Below, piece after piece: positions 6,644 to 14,582 of a stretch of 14,582 bases of DNA; position 1 is the stretch's first letter, and each line of letters begins with the position of its first letter. The stretch is from Candidatus Fraserbacteria bacterium (lineage in GTDB: Bacteria > Bipolaricaulota > Bipolaricaulia > RBG-16-55-9). The notes beneath the pieces are model-generated. The model did no database searches. It saw nothing but the letters and a program-made list of their open reading frames with translations, and was not told where the DNA came from. Location of the stretch: NCBI GenBank assembly GCA_037442925.1, contig JBBIPG010000058.1, positions 1 to 14,582 of the forward strand, written 5' to 3'. Both the position numbers and the translations under genes were made by a program.

Positions 6644-6661
6644 GTATTGGGGGACACATCT

Positions 6662-7630
6662 ATGCAGTCTGTTACCTTTGAAGACATTCAGCAAGCCGCG
6701 CAAAGGCTTCGGGGAATTGTCCATCGCACACCCGTCATGACCTCACGCACTCTCAATCAGCTTTGTGGAAACGACGTCTTCTTGAAGTGCGAGAATTTTC
6801 AACGCATGGGAGCCTTCAAGATCCGCGGAGCCTATAATGCCATGGGCCAGCTCGGTGACGCCTCCAAAAAACGCGGTGTGCTCACATATTCCTCCGGCAA
6901 CCATGCACAGGCTGTAGCGTTGAGTGGCCAGTTGCTAGGCATCCACACGACGATTGTCATGCCTTCGGATGCGCCGCGGGTCAAGATCGAAGCCACTCGC
7001 AGTTATGGGGCGGAGATCGTCTTCTACGATCCCAAGCTCAGTCAGCGCGAAGAACTCTCTCAGACTCTACAGCAAGAGCGCGGCCTGACTCTGATTCCTC
7101 CCTTTGATCATCCTCACGTCATCGCCGGACAAGGGACAGCTGCCAAAGAGCTCTTCGAGGAAGTGGGATCGCTGGATTATCTCTTGGTGCCCTGCGGTGG
7201 AGGTGGCTTATTGAGCGGCTCTGCCATCAGCGCTAAGGCCCTCTCGCCTGGATGCCGAGTGATGGGCGTTGAACCCGAAGCCGGTGATGACGGGAAACGC
7301 TCATTTGAGAGCGGCGTCCTTCAGAGCGTGCCTACTCCGGAGACGATTGCCGATGGGGCACGAACGCCTTCGCTGGGGAAATTGACGTTTTCTATTATTC
7401 AGAAGCATGTAGAAGAAATGTGCACAGCCTCCGATGAAGATCTCATCCGCACGATGCGGTTTCTATGGGAACGGATGAAGATCATTGTGGAACCAACCGG
7501 TGTGTTGGGGCTTGCGCCGCTATTCAACGGCCACTTGCAGATTCGACATAAGCGCGTGGGTGTGATTCTCAGTGGAGGAAACGTGGATCTACAAAGAGCT
7601 TGCGAGTTGTTCTCGCGCCTGAGCAGATAA
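6662..7630 (+). CDS. PLP-dependent serine/threonine dehydratase family enzyme (threo-3-hydroxy-L-aspartate ammonia-lyase / serine racemase-like), 322 aa
   Basis: KCENFQRMGAFKIRGAYN (PLP lysine), SSGNHAQ, PCGGGGLLSG, TIADGART, EPTG and ILSGGNVD. No C-terminal ACT domain. The real start is most likely ATG 6662 (MQSVTFEDI) after a GGGGG SD, not 6476. Confidence 0.92.
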   Translation: MQSVTFEDIQQAAQRLRGIVHRTPVMTSRTLNQLCGNDVFLKCENFQRMGAFKIRGAYNAMGQLGDASKKRGVLTYSSGNHAQAVALSGQLLGIHTTIVMPSDAPRVKIEATRSYGAEIVFYDPKLSQREELSQTLQQERGLTLIPPFDHPHVIAGQGTAAKELFEEVGSLDYLLVPCGGGGLLSGSAISAKALSPGCRVMGVEPEAGDDGKRSFESGVLQSVPTPETIADGARTPSLGKLTFSIIQKHVEEMCTASDEDLIRTMRFLWERMKIIVEPTGVLGLAPLFNGHLQIRHKRVGVILSGGNVDLQRACELFSRLSR

Positions 7631-7650
7631 CGAATACTACCAGACGGAGT

Positions 7651-9333
7651 CTAGCGATCAAGCCAAATCAACGGACAAAGACAGAGCGCTTTCGACCCGT
7701 TCAGCACGCGTACTCCCTCGAGGGCATATTGAATCAACGCGGCCGGTTCGGCCATCGGTGCCAGGGGTTGCTTGCCCAACCGCACCTCACGCACAGGTGC
7801 ACGCTCGTGTAGTCCAGCCAGCTCCCGCGCCTTAGCCAAAGCCCTATCGACTCCGCCCAATTCATCGACTAAACCGCGTTCCAGCGCCTGCCGACCGGTC
7901 CAGACGCGTCCCCCGCCTATGGCATCGACGGCTTCTCGTGTCATCTTGCGGCTGGCCGTCACCCGGTCGAGAAAGACATCATAGATGCGCTGAATGCCTT
8001 CCCAAACGATTGTGCGCTCTCCCTCACTGAAGGGTTTTCCGGTGTCAGAGAATGTGGCGTGCTCGCCCCGGCTGATCATCTCCCAGTGGAAAAGCAGTTT
8101 ATCGAGTAGACCCCTGCTCACAATCTTCCCATTAAGAACACCTATGGAACCCGTGAGCGTGCTCGGTTGGGCGACAATCCATCTGCCCGGAGTCGATACA
8201 TAGTACCCACCGGAGGCGGCAACCGAACCCATGGATACCACAAGGGGTTTTGCTGCGGCAACTTTCTCTAAGGCTGCGGACATGGCTTCCGAAGCGGTGG
8301 CCGATCCCCCACCGGAGTCAACGTAGAGGACCACCGCTGCCGCTCGCTTGTCTGCCAATGCTCGACGCGCTTCTTGCACCACTGTTAGGTCTCCAGCACG
8401 TTCACTGAGCAGAAGAGGAATCCGAAATGGCGGCCTGACCGGCGGACGGCCGCTATGACCATCGATGATATCACCCTCAAGGCGTAGCAGCGCCACATAA
8501 CGACCGGGACGCGTGATAGGGCGAAGCAACAAGCGCTTCCTGGCATCTTCCCAGGGCAATAAGCGAGCAGGCTTTCCCACCACTCCCAGATGGGTAGGCA
8601 GATCCTCTTCGCTGATCAGCTTGTCGACAGCACGCGCTTCAACGGCCTTGAGATCTGTGTGAGGTGAGCTGTCCACCAGAGCTTTCGCATCCTTTTCCGA
8701 GAGATGTCGGCCCTCAGCAACGCCACGGAGAAATTCAGCGTACAGGCTATCCATCAGCCAGTTGGCCATCTGACGGAGTTCCTCCGACATGCGGTTTCGT
8801 GTGAGAAAGTCGGCTGCGGATTTGTACGGACTGATCTGCACGAAATCGCCTTTCAGGCCAATCCGCTCCAGCGCATCGGCAAGGAAGAGGAAGCGCTGTC
8901 GCAGACCCAGGGCATCAATGGTACCGCCCTTCTGTAAGAGGATCTCATCGGCTGCGCAGGCGACATAGTAGTTTGCCGTGTCATACGTGTGTGACCAGAC
9001 GATTACCCGCTTGCCAGCAGCACGCATTTCGCCGATAAGATCTCGCAACGTCTGAAGCTGCGCAAACATCATGTTCAGTGGACGAAGATGAAGTACAACT
9101 CCATGAACTCTTGGATCACCCGCAATGGTTCGGAACTGCTCGCCCAGCTCCTGCAAGCTGAGCGGCGGAGGTGAGATCCTCCGTTGCCAGAAGCTGCCTC
9201 GCGGTGGGCGAAGCTCCGGGTATGTCCCCTCCAGTGTGAAGATCACGTACTCTGGGACTCTTTTCACCCGACGCAAGAGGTTTCTAAGCATCCAGACGAG
9301 ATATCGCACGAAGTAAACGAGGTAAGCGAGCAT
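7651..9333 (-). CDS. sppA: Signal peptide peptidase SppA (S49, long two-domain type)
   Basis: YKSA (catalytic Lys region), VDSGGGS, SMGSVAASGGYYVS (catalytic Ser), TLTGSIGV, GGRVWTGRQALERGLVDELGG. Start placed at ATG 9333 (MLAYLVY...) behind an AAAGGGGA SD, not the TTG at 9396. Confidence 0.92.
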   Translation of the reverse strand: MLAYLVYFVRYLVWMLRNLLRRVKRVPEYVIFTLEGTYPELRPPRGSFWQRRISPPPLSLQELGEQFRTIAGDPRVHGVVLHLRPLNMMFAQLQTLRDLIGEMRAAGKRVIVWSHTYDTANYYVACAADEILLQKGGTIDALGLRQRFLFLADALERIGLKGDFVQISPYKSAADFLTRNRMSEELRQMANWLMDSLYAEFLRGVAEGRHLSEKDAKALVDSSPHTDLKAVEARAVDKLISEEDLPTHLGVVGKPARLLPWEDARKRLLLRPITRPGRYVALLRLEGDIIDGHSGRPPVRPPFRIPLLLSERAGDLTVVQEARRALADKRAAAVVLYVDSGGGSATASEAMSAALEKVAAAKPLVVSMGSVAASGGYYVSTPGRWIVAQPSTLTGSIGVLNGKIVSRGLLDKLLFHWEMISRGEHATFSDTGKPFSEGERTIVWEGIQRIYDVFLDRVTASRKMTREAVDAIGGGRVWTGRQALERGLVDELGGVDRALAKARELAGLHERAPVREVRLGKQPLAPMAEPAALIQYALEGVRVLNGSKALCLCPLIWLDR

Positions 9334-9398
9334 AGATGGATTCCCCTTTGGATCAAGAGTCACGAATAGTATACGAAGTTGGCGCTGCCCCAGCAATT

Positions 9399-10244
9399 CT
9401 AGGATTCGCCTTGGCTGGTCAAATGATGCAAGGCGTATATCCCCACGATAAACAATATGGCGGCTACGAGGACAACAGCAGGAGAATAGGTCCAGTGGAT
9501 CACAAGCTCCCGTAGGTCCATTCCAGGGTTATACGCCTGCATGAGGCTTCCTTCCACCGTTGACCACAAGTTGTTGACGGCATGTGCCGCAATGGCCGGG
9601 TAGAGGCTGCCTGAGCGTACCACGAGATATCCGGCGAAGAGCCCGAAAGGAATTACGCTCAAGATCCACAGGGGATCCATGTGCAGGAGCGCGAACAAGA
9701 GTGCTGTAAGCGTTACGCTCCCAATTGGACTTAGGCGAGCGCTCAGGCCACGCAGAATGAAGCCTCGAAAGGCAAGCTCTTCGGTCAAGCCAGGCCCAAG
9801 ACTGACCGCCAGTGCATAGAGCACATAGATCCACGGATCACCAAGCCGGGAAAGCTGGAACATCTCTAAGAGATCCTGGGATAGTAGCGAGGGGGCAGAT
9901 TGAATCAGATACGTCACCAATTGGCTTACGACTATCCCCAAAGATAGGGAGGCTGTTACAGCCCAAACGTAGATACTGAGACGACACGGCCGTAAGCTCA
10001 AAGTAGCCCTGGCATGGAATGAGCCCAGCTGCAAGAAGAACCAGATGACGCCGATGGTGAGGAGAGACTGGATCACAACCTCAAAGACCACGCGCACCTG
10101 AGGGTCTATGTCTTGAATTCGGATGCCCAAAAGCTCGAATCCAAGGAACAGCAAGATGCCAGCGACGAGGAAAGCCGCCACGAGCAGGAAGAAGAATCCA
10201 AGGGCGTGCCGTACCCCAGGTAGACGGGGTTCTGTTCCTTCCAT
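9399..10244 (-). CDS. CPBP (CAAX protease / Abi) family intramembrane metalloprotease
   Basis: Multiple transmembrane helices with family motifs EELAFRG, FALLH and HAVNN. Start placed at ATG 10244 (MEGTEPRL) because a promoter lies between it and the longer ORF start. Confidence 0.9.
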   Translation of the reverse strand: MEGTEPRLPGVRHALGFFFLLVAAFLVAGILLFLGFELLGIRIQDIDPQVRVVFEVVIQSLLTIGVIWFFLQLGSFHARATLSLRPCRLSIYVWAVTASLSLGIVVSQLVTYLIQSAPSLLSQDLLEMFQLSRLGDPWIYVLYALAVSLGPGLTEELAFRGFILRGLSARLSPIGSVTLTALLFALLHMDPLWILSVIPFGLFAGYLVVRSGSLYPAIAAHAVNNLWSTVEGSLMQAYNPGMDLRELVIHWTYSPAVVLVAAILFIVGIYALHHLTSQGES

Positions 10245-10263
10245 CTCAGCCCACAAGAATACA

Positions 10264-10292
10264 ACCCTACCGTGAGACAATGCCAGAGTCAA
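10264..10292 (-). promoter_or_regulatory. Putative sigma70 promoter for the CPBP-sppA unit
   Basis: Minus-strand TTGACT (10292-10287), 17 nt, TAGGGT (10269-10264). Confidence 0.5.
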
Positions 10293-10310
10293 ATGCGCCC
10301 ATCTATGAGA

Positions 10311-10340
10311 TTGACGAAACTTACTGAGCAAGGATATACT
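10311..10340 (+). promoter_or_regulatory. Putative sigma70 promoter for the molybdoenzyme operon (divergent from the CPBP promoter)
   Basis: TTGACG (10311-10316), 18 nt, TATACT (10335-10340), followed by the SD AAAGGAGG and ATG 10364. Confidence 0.6.
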
Positions 10341-10363
10341 CAACACACTCCAAAGGAGGTTCC

Positions 10364-10891
10364 ATGGCCAAAGCCGTCAAACTGCGTAAGCCACAAGTCG
10401 AAAGACGCGGACCGAGCAAGACGTCTGTAAGACTAACTGTCAACGATGAACTGCACGAAATCTCTGTCGAACCGCGGCGCACACTGCTCGATGCCCTGCG
10501 AAAAGACCTGGGGCTTACGGGGACGAAGAAGGGCTGCGATGAGGGAACATGCGGCTCCTGCACTGTTCTCTTTGATGGAAAGCCTGTCTACTCTTGTCTG
10601 ACACTTGCCATCGAGTGCGAGGGCCATGAGATTGAAACAATCGAGAGTCTCGCGAAGAAAGGGCAGCTTCACCCCATTCAACAGGCATTCATTGAACAAG
10701 ATGCGTTACAATGCGGCTTCTGCACCCCCGGACAAATCCTCTCTATCAAGGCGTTACTGGATATCAACCCCAATCCCACACCCGATGACGTCAAGCGCGC
10801 TGTCTCGGGGAATCTCTGTCGTTGCGGAGCGTACCCGAAGATCGTACAGGCAGCTTTGCAGGCTGCTCGTCAACTCTCTAAGGAAAGCTGA
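10364..10891 (+). CDS. Xanthine dehydrogenase/aldehyde oxidoreductase family (2Fe-2S) small subunit (CoxS/PaoA-like)
   Basis: GTKKGCDEGTCGSCTV...SCL and QCGFCTPGQ...GNLCRCGAY, the motifs for two 2Fe-2S clusters. Strong SD. Confidence 0.96.
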   Translation: MAKAVKLRKPQVERRGPSKTSVRLTVNDELHEISVEPRRTLLDALRKDLGLTGTKKGCDEGTCGSCTVLFDGKPVYSCLTLAIECEGHEIETIESLAKKGQLHPIQQAFIEQDALQCGFCTPGQILSIKALLDINPNPTPDDVKRAVSGNLCRCGAYPKIVQAALQAARQLSKES

Positions 10892-10895
10892 GATC

Positions 10896-13193
10896 ATGCC
10901 AAGGGTAGTCAAAACTCAACTGGAGTTCGAGGGCCGATTCTACGATGAGTATGTCGTGATCGAAGGCGAAGATGTCCCACCATGGAGTGCTCAGCAAGAG
11001 TTTTCCGTAGTCGGCCAACCCCAAACACGAATTGATGGCGTAGAGCGCGTGACCGGAGCCGCCAAGTTCACTCACGATATACAACTGCCCGGCATGCTCT
11101 ATGGCAAAATCCTGCGATGCCCGCACCCACATGCGCGAATCAAGAATATCAACACGAAAGAAGCCGAAAGATTGCCAGGCGTGCGCGCCATCCTCCATTC
11201 TGCGAACACTCCCAAAATCCCCTGGCGAATGGGATTGACACTTCTGTTCGATCAGACCCTGCGCTACGCAGGGGAAGAAGTTGCCTGCGTGATCGCAGAC
11301 GAGGAAGAGATTTGTGAGGATGCTCGAGAACTCATCGAAGTCGAGTATGAAGTGCTGCCGTTTGTACTTGACCCCTTGAAAGCTCTCGAGCCGAAGGCAC
11401 CCAAAGTGCATGAGTCCGGCAATCTCTTTCATAACGAGCCTGAAATCTATGAGCGAGGCGATATCCAGAAGGGATTTTCATCGGCGGATGTGACCATCGA
11501 GGGCACATTTCGCACGCAGACGGCACTCCACAACTGCATGGAAACCCACGGCAGCGTCGCTCTCTGGGAGGGCGATGCGCTCACGATCTGGGATTCGACC
11601 CAGCACATCTTCGGTGTACGCGATGTGGTGGCGCAGGCTCTTGGGCTTCCTAAGCACAAGATTCGTGTCATCAAGCAGTACATGGGTGGGGGTTTTGGCA
11701 GCAAGAATTCTGCCGGGAAATACACCGTGATGGCGGCGCTGGCCGCCAAGATGACAGGGCGTCCCGTGAAGATCATCTTAGATCGTCATGAGGAAAATCT
11801 CGCCGCCGGCAATCGCCCTGCAAGTATTCAGACGCTCAAGATCGGAGCCAAGAGGGATGGCAGACTCACAGCCATCTATCATAAGTCCGTGGTCAACGTA
11901 GGAGCCTATGCGACGTGGGGTGGCGGAACGACCGGCCCCACCCGCCGACTCTATGCATGTCCCAATATGAAGACAGAAGATTACTCTGTCTTCACCCATC
12001 TTGGCCCCTACAGCGCTTTCCGAGCACCCGGCTACGTCGAAGGGACGTTCGCCTTGGAATCGATGATGGACGAATTGGCAAAGAAACTGCGGATCGACCC
12101 GCTGGAGCTGCGGTTGCGCAACTATGCTGAAAGCGACCCAGCCACAGGCTGGCCCTATACCACAAAGGGCCTCCGGCAAGCGTATCACCGAGGTGCAGAG
12201 CTCATAGACTGGCAAGGACGCGAAGCCTTCAAACGAAAGTACTCGACGCACACCAAGAAGATCGGCTTTGGGATGGCCAGTCAGATCTGGGGCGGCAGTG
12301 GTGGGCCGCCTGCCTATGCGCTCGTCAAGATCAACCCCGATGGCACAGCGGTAGTCGTCACGGGAACGCAAGATATCGGGACCGGCACGAAGACCGCCCT
12401 GGCACAGATTGCCGCGGAGGCTCTTCATTTCCCCATCTCTTCTGTGAAAGTAGAATTGGGAGACACGCAGCTGGGCGTCTACTCGCCCTTGAGTGCAGGT
12501 AGCATGACACTGGCATCGGTGGGCCCTGCCGTGCGGGTGGCTTCGGAAGAGGCTCGAAAGCAACTGCTGGATGTAGGTGCTCAGACGCTGGAAGTGCCAC
12601 GGGAAGAACTAGAAATCGAGCAAGGGGAGTTTCTTAATAGGCGCACTCGCGAGCGTACTCCTGTGAAAGCCATCTTCGAGAAATTAGAGAATTTCATGAT
12701 TATCGGTCGAGGAGCTCGCGGCCCCAATCCCGAAAAGAAGAGCGTCAACACCTTTGGGGCACAGTTCGCTCAGGTTGAAGTGGACACCGAGACCGGGAGG
12801 GTCACGGTGCAGAAGATCGTTGCTGTTCACGAATCGGGTCGTGTGATCAACCCTCTGACAATCACCAGTCAGCTGGAAGGCGGCATCATTCAGGGGGTAG
12901 GCTTTGCGCTGACGGAGCGACGCCTTGTAGATGAGCGAACCGGTCTTGTCTTGAATGCCAGTCTGGAAACCTACAAAGTGCCTACCGTGCAAGATGTCCC
13001 CGAAATTGTCGCTGAGATGGTCAATCTGCCCGATCCCGAGGTGAACAATCTGGGAGTGAAGGGCGTGGGAGAGCCACCGATCATCCCTACCGCAGCGGCG
13101 ATCGCTAATGCCGTGGCTGACGCCTTGGGCAAGCGTATTTATGATCTCCCATTGACTCTGGATCGCGTTCTTACGACGCGGGAGTTGCCATGA
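10896..13193 (+). CDS. Xanthine dehydrogenase family molybdopterin-binding large subunit (PaoC/YagR- or HcrA-like), 765 aa
   Basis: RIDGVERVTGAAKF, HNCMETH, GGGFGSK, AFRAPG, QDIGTG, GGIIQGVG and KGVGE (catalytic Glu). The real start is ATG 10896 (MPRVVKT), 4 nt after the small-subunit stop, with SD AAGGA. Confidence 0.95.
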   Translation: MPRVVKTQLEFEGRFYDEYVVIEGEDVPPWSAQQEFSVVGQPQTRIDGVERVTGAAKFTHDIQLPGMLYGKILRCPHPHARIKNINTKEAERLPGVRAILHSANTPKIPWRMGLTLLFDQTLRYAGEEVACVIADEEEICEDARELIEVEYEVLPFVLDPLKALEPKAPKVHESGNLFHNEPEIYERGDIQKGFSSADVTIEGTFRTQTALHNCMETHGSVALWEGDALTIWDSTQHIFGVRDVVAQALGLPKHKIRVIKQYMGGGFGSKNSAGKYTVMAALAAKMTGRPVKIILDRHEENLAAGNRPASIQTLKIGAKRDGRLTAIYHKSVVNVGAYATWGGGTTGPTRRLYACPNMKTEDYSVFTHLGPYSAFRAPGYVEGTFALESMMDELAKKLRIDPLELRLRNYAESDPATGWPYTTKGLRQAYHRGAELIDWQGREAFKRKYSTHTKKIGFGMASQIWGGSGGPPAYALVKINPDGTAVVVTGTQDIGTGTKTALAQIAAEALHFPISSVKVELGDTQLGVYSPLSAGSMTLASVGPAVRVASEEARKQLLDVGAQTLEVPREELEIEQGEFLNRRTRERTPVKAIFEKLENFMIIGRGARGPNPEKKSVNTFGAQFAQVEVDTETGRVTVQKIVAVHESGRVINPLTITSQLEGGIIQGVGFALTERRLVDERTGLVLNASLETYKVPTVQDVPEIVAEMVNLPDPEVNNLGVKGVGEPPIIPTAAAIANAVADALGKRIYDLPLTLDRVLTTRELP

Positions 13194-14161
13194 AGAACTT
13201 CGAGCACATCGATGCACCAGATTTGGAGACAGCCATTGCCCTCTTGCAAGAGCCTAGCGCCAAGGCCATCGCCGGGGGCACAGATCTTCTGACAGAGATG
13301 AAAGATCGTATTCAAACGCCTGCGCTGCTCGTCAATCTTAAGGCGATTCCCGATCTGAAATTCATCAAAGAAGATGAAAAATTCGTGCGCATCGGGGCTC
13401 TTACCACCCTAAGCGATCTCGAATGTCACCCGCTCATTCGTGAACGCTATCCCATTCTGGCGCAAGCAGCCTCGCTGGCGGCGACGCCGCAGCTGCGCAA
13501 CGCTGGAACCGTGGCTGGAAATCTCTTGCAGAGGGTGCGCTGCTGGTATTATCGCCATCCTGATGTGAACTGCTGGCTCAAAGGTGGCGTGGAGTGCTAT
13601 GCGGAAGAGGGAGTGAACGCCCGTCATGCCATCTTTGGGAGTAGTCCCTGTATTGCGGTCCACCCTTCGGATCTCGCGCCCGCATTGATTGCGCTGGATG
13701 CCCAAGTGCGCGTCGTGGGACCCGAAGCGGACGGAGAGCTTGCGCTCGAAGAGATTTATCGCTTGCCAGACGAGGGCCTGCGGGAGCGCATGGTTCTGGG
13801 ACCCGCAGATCTCATCGCTGAGATCCTCGTGCCCAAGCGCCCTGAAAGCTCTCGTGGTGTGTTCTTAAAGGCGATGGAGCGGGCGACGTGGTCTTTTGCG
13901 CTGGTGAGCGTGGCCGTGCAGATCGACTTTGACGGCGAGCACGTGAAGAATGCGCGCATGGTGCTGGGGGGTGTAGCTGGCAGGCCCTGGCGAGTTCATG
14001 AGACTGAAAAACTTCTCCAAGGGAAAGTGCTGGATGAGGAGTTGGCCGAGCGGGCCGGTGAGGCCGCGGTGGCGGGCGCGCAGCCACGGGAATATAACGC
14101 CTACAAGATCCCACTGACGAAGAGCTTAGTAAAGCGGGCGCTTCAGAAGCTGGCCGGCTGA
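13190..14161 (+). CDS. Xanthine dehydrogenase family FAD-binding medium subunit with a 4Fe-4S insertion (PaoB/YagS/HcrB-like)
   Basis: AGGTDL, TPQLRNAGTVAGNLLQ, a Cys cluster RCWYYR...CWLKGGVEC...CIAVHPSD, and the C-terminal YNAYK. ATGA overlap with the large-subunit stop. Confidence 0.95.
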   Translation: MKNFEHIDAPDLETAIALLQEPSAKAIAGGTDLLTEMKDRIQTPALLVNLKAIPDLKFIKEDEKFVRIGALTTLSDLECHPLIRERYPILAQAASLAATPQLRNAGTVAGNLLQRVRCWYYRHPDVNCWLKGGVECYAEEGVNARHAIFGSSPCIAVHPSDLAPALIALDAQVRVVGPEADGELALEEIYRLPDEGLRERMVLGPADLIAEILVPKRPESSRGVFLKAMERATWSFALVSVAVQIDFDGEHVKNARMVLGGVAGRPWRVHETEKLLQGKVLDEELAERAGEAAVAGAQPREYNAYKIPLTKSLVKRALQKLAG

Positions 14162-14388
14162 GGGATTCATCAGAAGATGGCAGAAGCAGAAAAAGTACCG
14201 TTATTTCCGGGTGGCCAAGACGGGGGAGGTCTGGGAAATCGTCGAGACGATCGTGTCACGCAAGCGTCGGCTCCAGAGCTGAACAGCTGGCGGGAGGAGA
14301 TCGAGCGCGGCCCGGTGGCCCGCTATCTGAGAGACCTGCAAGCCCCTATGGGCCTCAAGCCGACGTTGGTCTGCCGGATGGAGGTTTC

Positions 14389-14418
14389 TTGACATGTTCA
14401 CCATATATTTGGTATGGT
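14389..14418 (+). promoter_or_regulatory. sigma70-type promoter with an overlapping inverted repeat (likely autoregulatory operator)
   Basis: TTGACA (14389-14394), 18 nt, TATGGT (14413-14418) with TG at 14410-14411. Inverted repeat ACCATA (14400-14405) N7 TATGGT (14413-14418). Confidence 0.65.
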
Positions 14419-14444
14419 AATTGTGTATGGAAGGAGGGCTGACG

Positions 14445-14582
14445 ATGGGTTCTATAAAGCGCACGTACGTCCTGCCACCCGATCTGCTGGAGAAATTCGA
14501 GGAGGAAGTGGAGCCAGGCCGTCGTAGCGCGGTCATCACAGAATTGCTGCGCCAATGGCTCGATGAACGGAGGCGTCAGCGT
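14445..14582 (+). CDS. Ribbon-helix-helix (CopG-like) small DNA-binding protein, probable type II antitoxin (3'-truncated by the window edge)
   Basis: Not in the ORF track. SD GGAGGG then ATG 14445: MGSIKRTYVLPPDLLEKFEEEVEPGRRSAVITELLRQWLDERRRQR... This follows the RHH pattern of strand (KRTYVLP), helix, turn (G-RS) and helix. Confidence 0.75.
   Translation, partial: MGSIKRTYVLPPDLLEKFEEEVEPGRRSAVITELLRQWLDERRRQR

Noticed and set aside
869..6660. ACACATC direct repeat (869-875 and 6654-6660) as a target-site duplication flanking the riboswitch module
   Set aside because: It is only 7 bp, the left copy lies inside the unit downstream of its promoter, and there is no integrase, transposase or tRNA nearby. 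Chance explains it.
6476..6661. 62-aa N-terminal extension of the dehydratase in the ORF track
   Set aside because: It is antisense to riboswitch 2 and its promoter. Family similarity begins at MQSVTFEDI (6662), which has its own SD.
3..7630. Beta-hydroxyaspartate cycle inferred from the GlcD-like oxidase plus the hydroxyaspartate dehydratase-like gene
   Set aside because: No aminotransferase, aldolase or iminosuccinate reductase gene is in the window, and both families are widespread.
10245..10346. N-terminal extension of the CPBP protease
   Set aside because: It spans the divergent promoter region. ATG 10244 fits better.
10364..10430. Twin-arginine signal in the small subunit (VERRGP)
   Set aside because: No RRxFL consensus and no hydrophobic h-region follow.
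10605..10895. 97-aa N-terminal extension of the Mo subunit
   Set aside because: It overlaps the 2Fe-2S gene in another frame. The true start is 10896.
11778..12563. 261-aa antisense ORF and the other short or overlapping ORFs in the track
   Set aside because: They are shadows of well-supported genes in GC-rich coding DNA, with no motifs or SDs.
10896..13193. Aerobic CO dehydrogenase (coxL) call
   Set aside because: The active-site loop is AFRAPG, lacking the Cu-binding AYRCSFR and the form II AYRGAGR motifs.
14388..14398. 11-mer CTTGACATGTT shared with 839-849
   Set aside because: Six of the 11 bases are the -35 consensus. The remainder is too short to claim a shared operator.
1..14582. 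CRISPR arrays, tRNA/rRNA genes, IS elements
   Set aside because: I saw no regularly spaced repeats, cloverleaf or rRNA signatures, transposase ORFs or terminal inverted repeats.

Overview
Bacterial chromosomal window of mostly moderate to high GC. The housekeeping genes are the 3' part of a GlcD/D-lactate-dehydrogenase-type FAD-linked oxidase, a PLP serine/threonine (hydroxyaspartate) dehydratase, SppA, a CPBP/CAAX protease, a three-gene xanthine-dehydrogenase-family molybdoenzyme (2Fe-2S, Mo and FAD/4Fe-4S subunits) and the start of a ribbon-helix-helix antitoxin-like gene. The notable part is a ~5.8 kb block (about 840-6643) of two convergent transcription units. Each has a near-consensus sigma70 promoter followed by its own c-di-GMP-I (GEMM-I) riboswitch. 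The left unit encodes an 861-aa Cys/Pro-rich lipoprotein of unknown family, a secreted right-handed beta-helix protein and a broken outer-membrane beta-barrel-like gene. The right unit encodes a secreted metzincin zinc protease with a C-terminal Ig-like domain. The block may be an undescribed c-di-GMP-controlled surface-protein/protease module. All calls come from reading motifs by eye; no database search was run.
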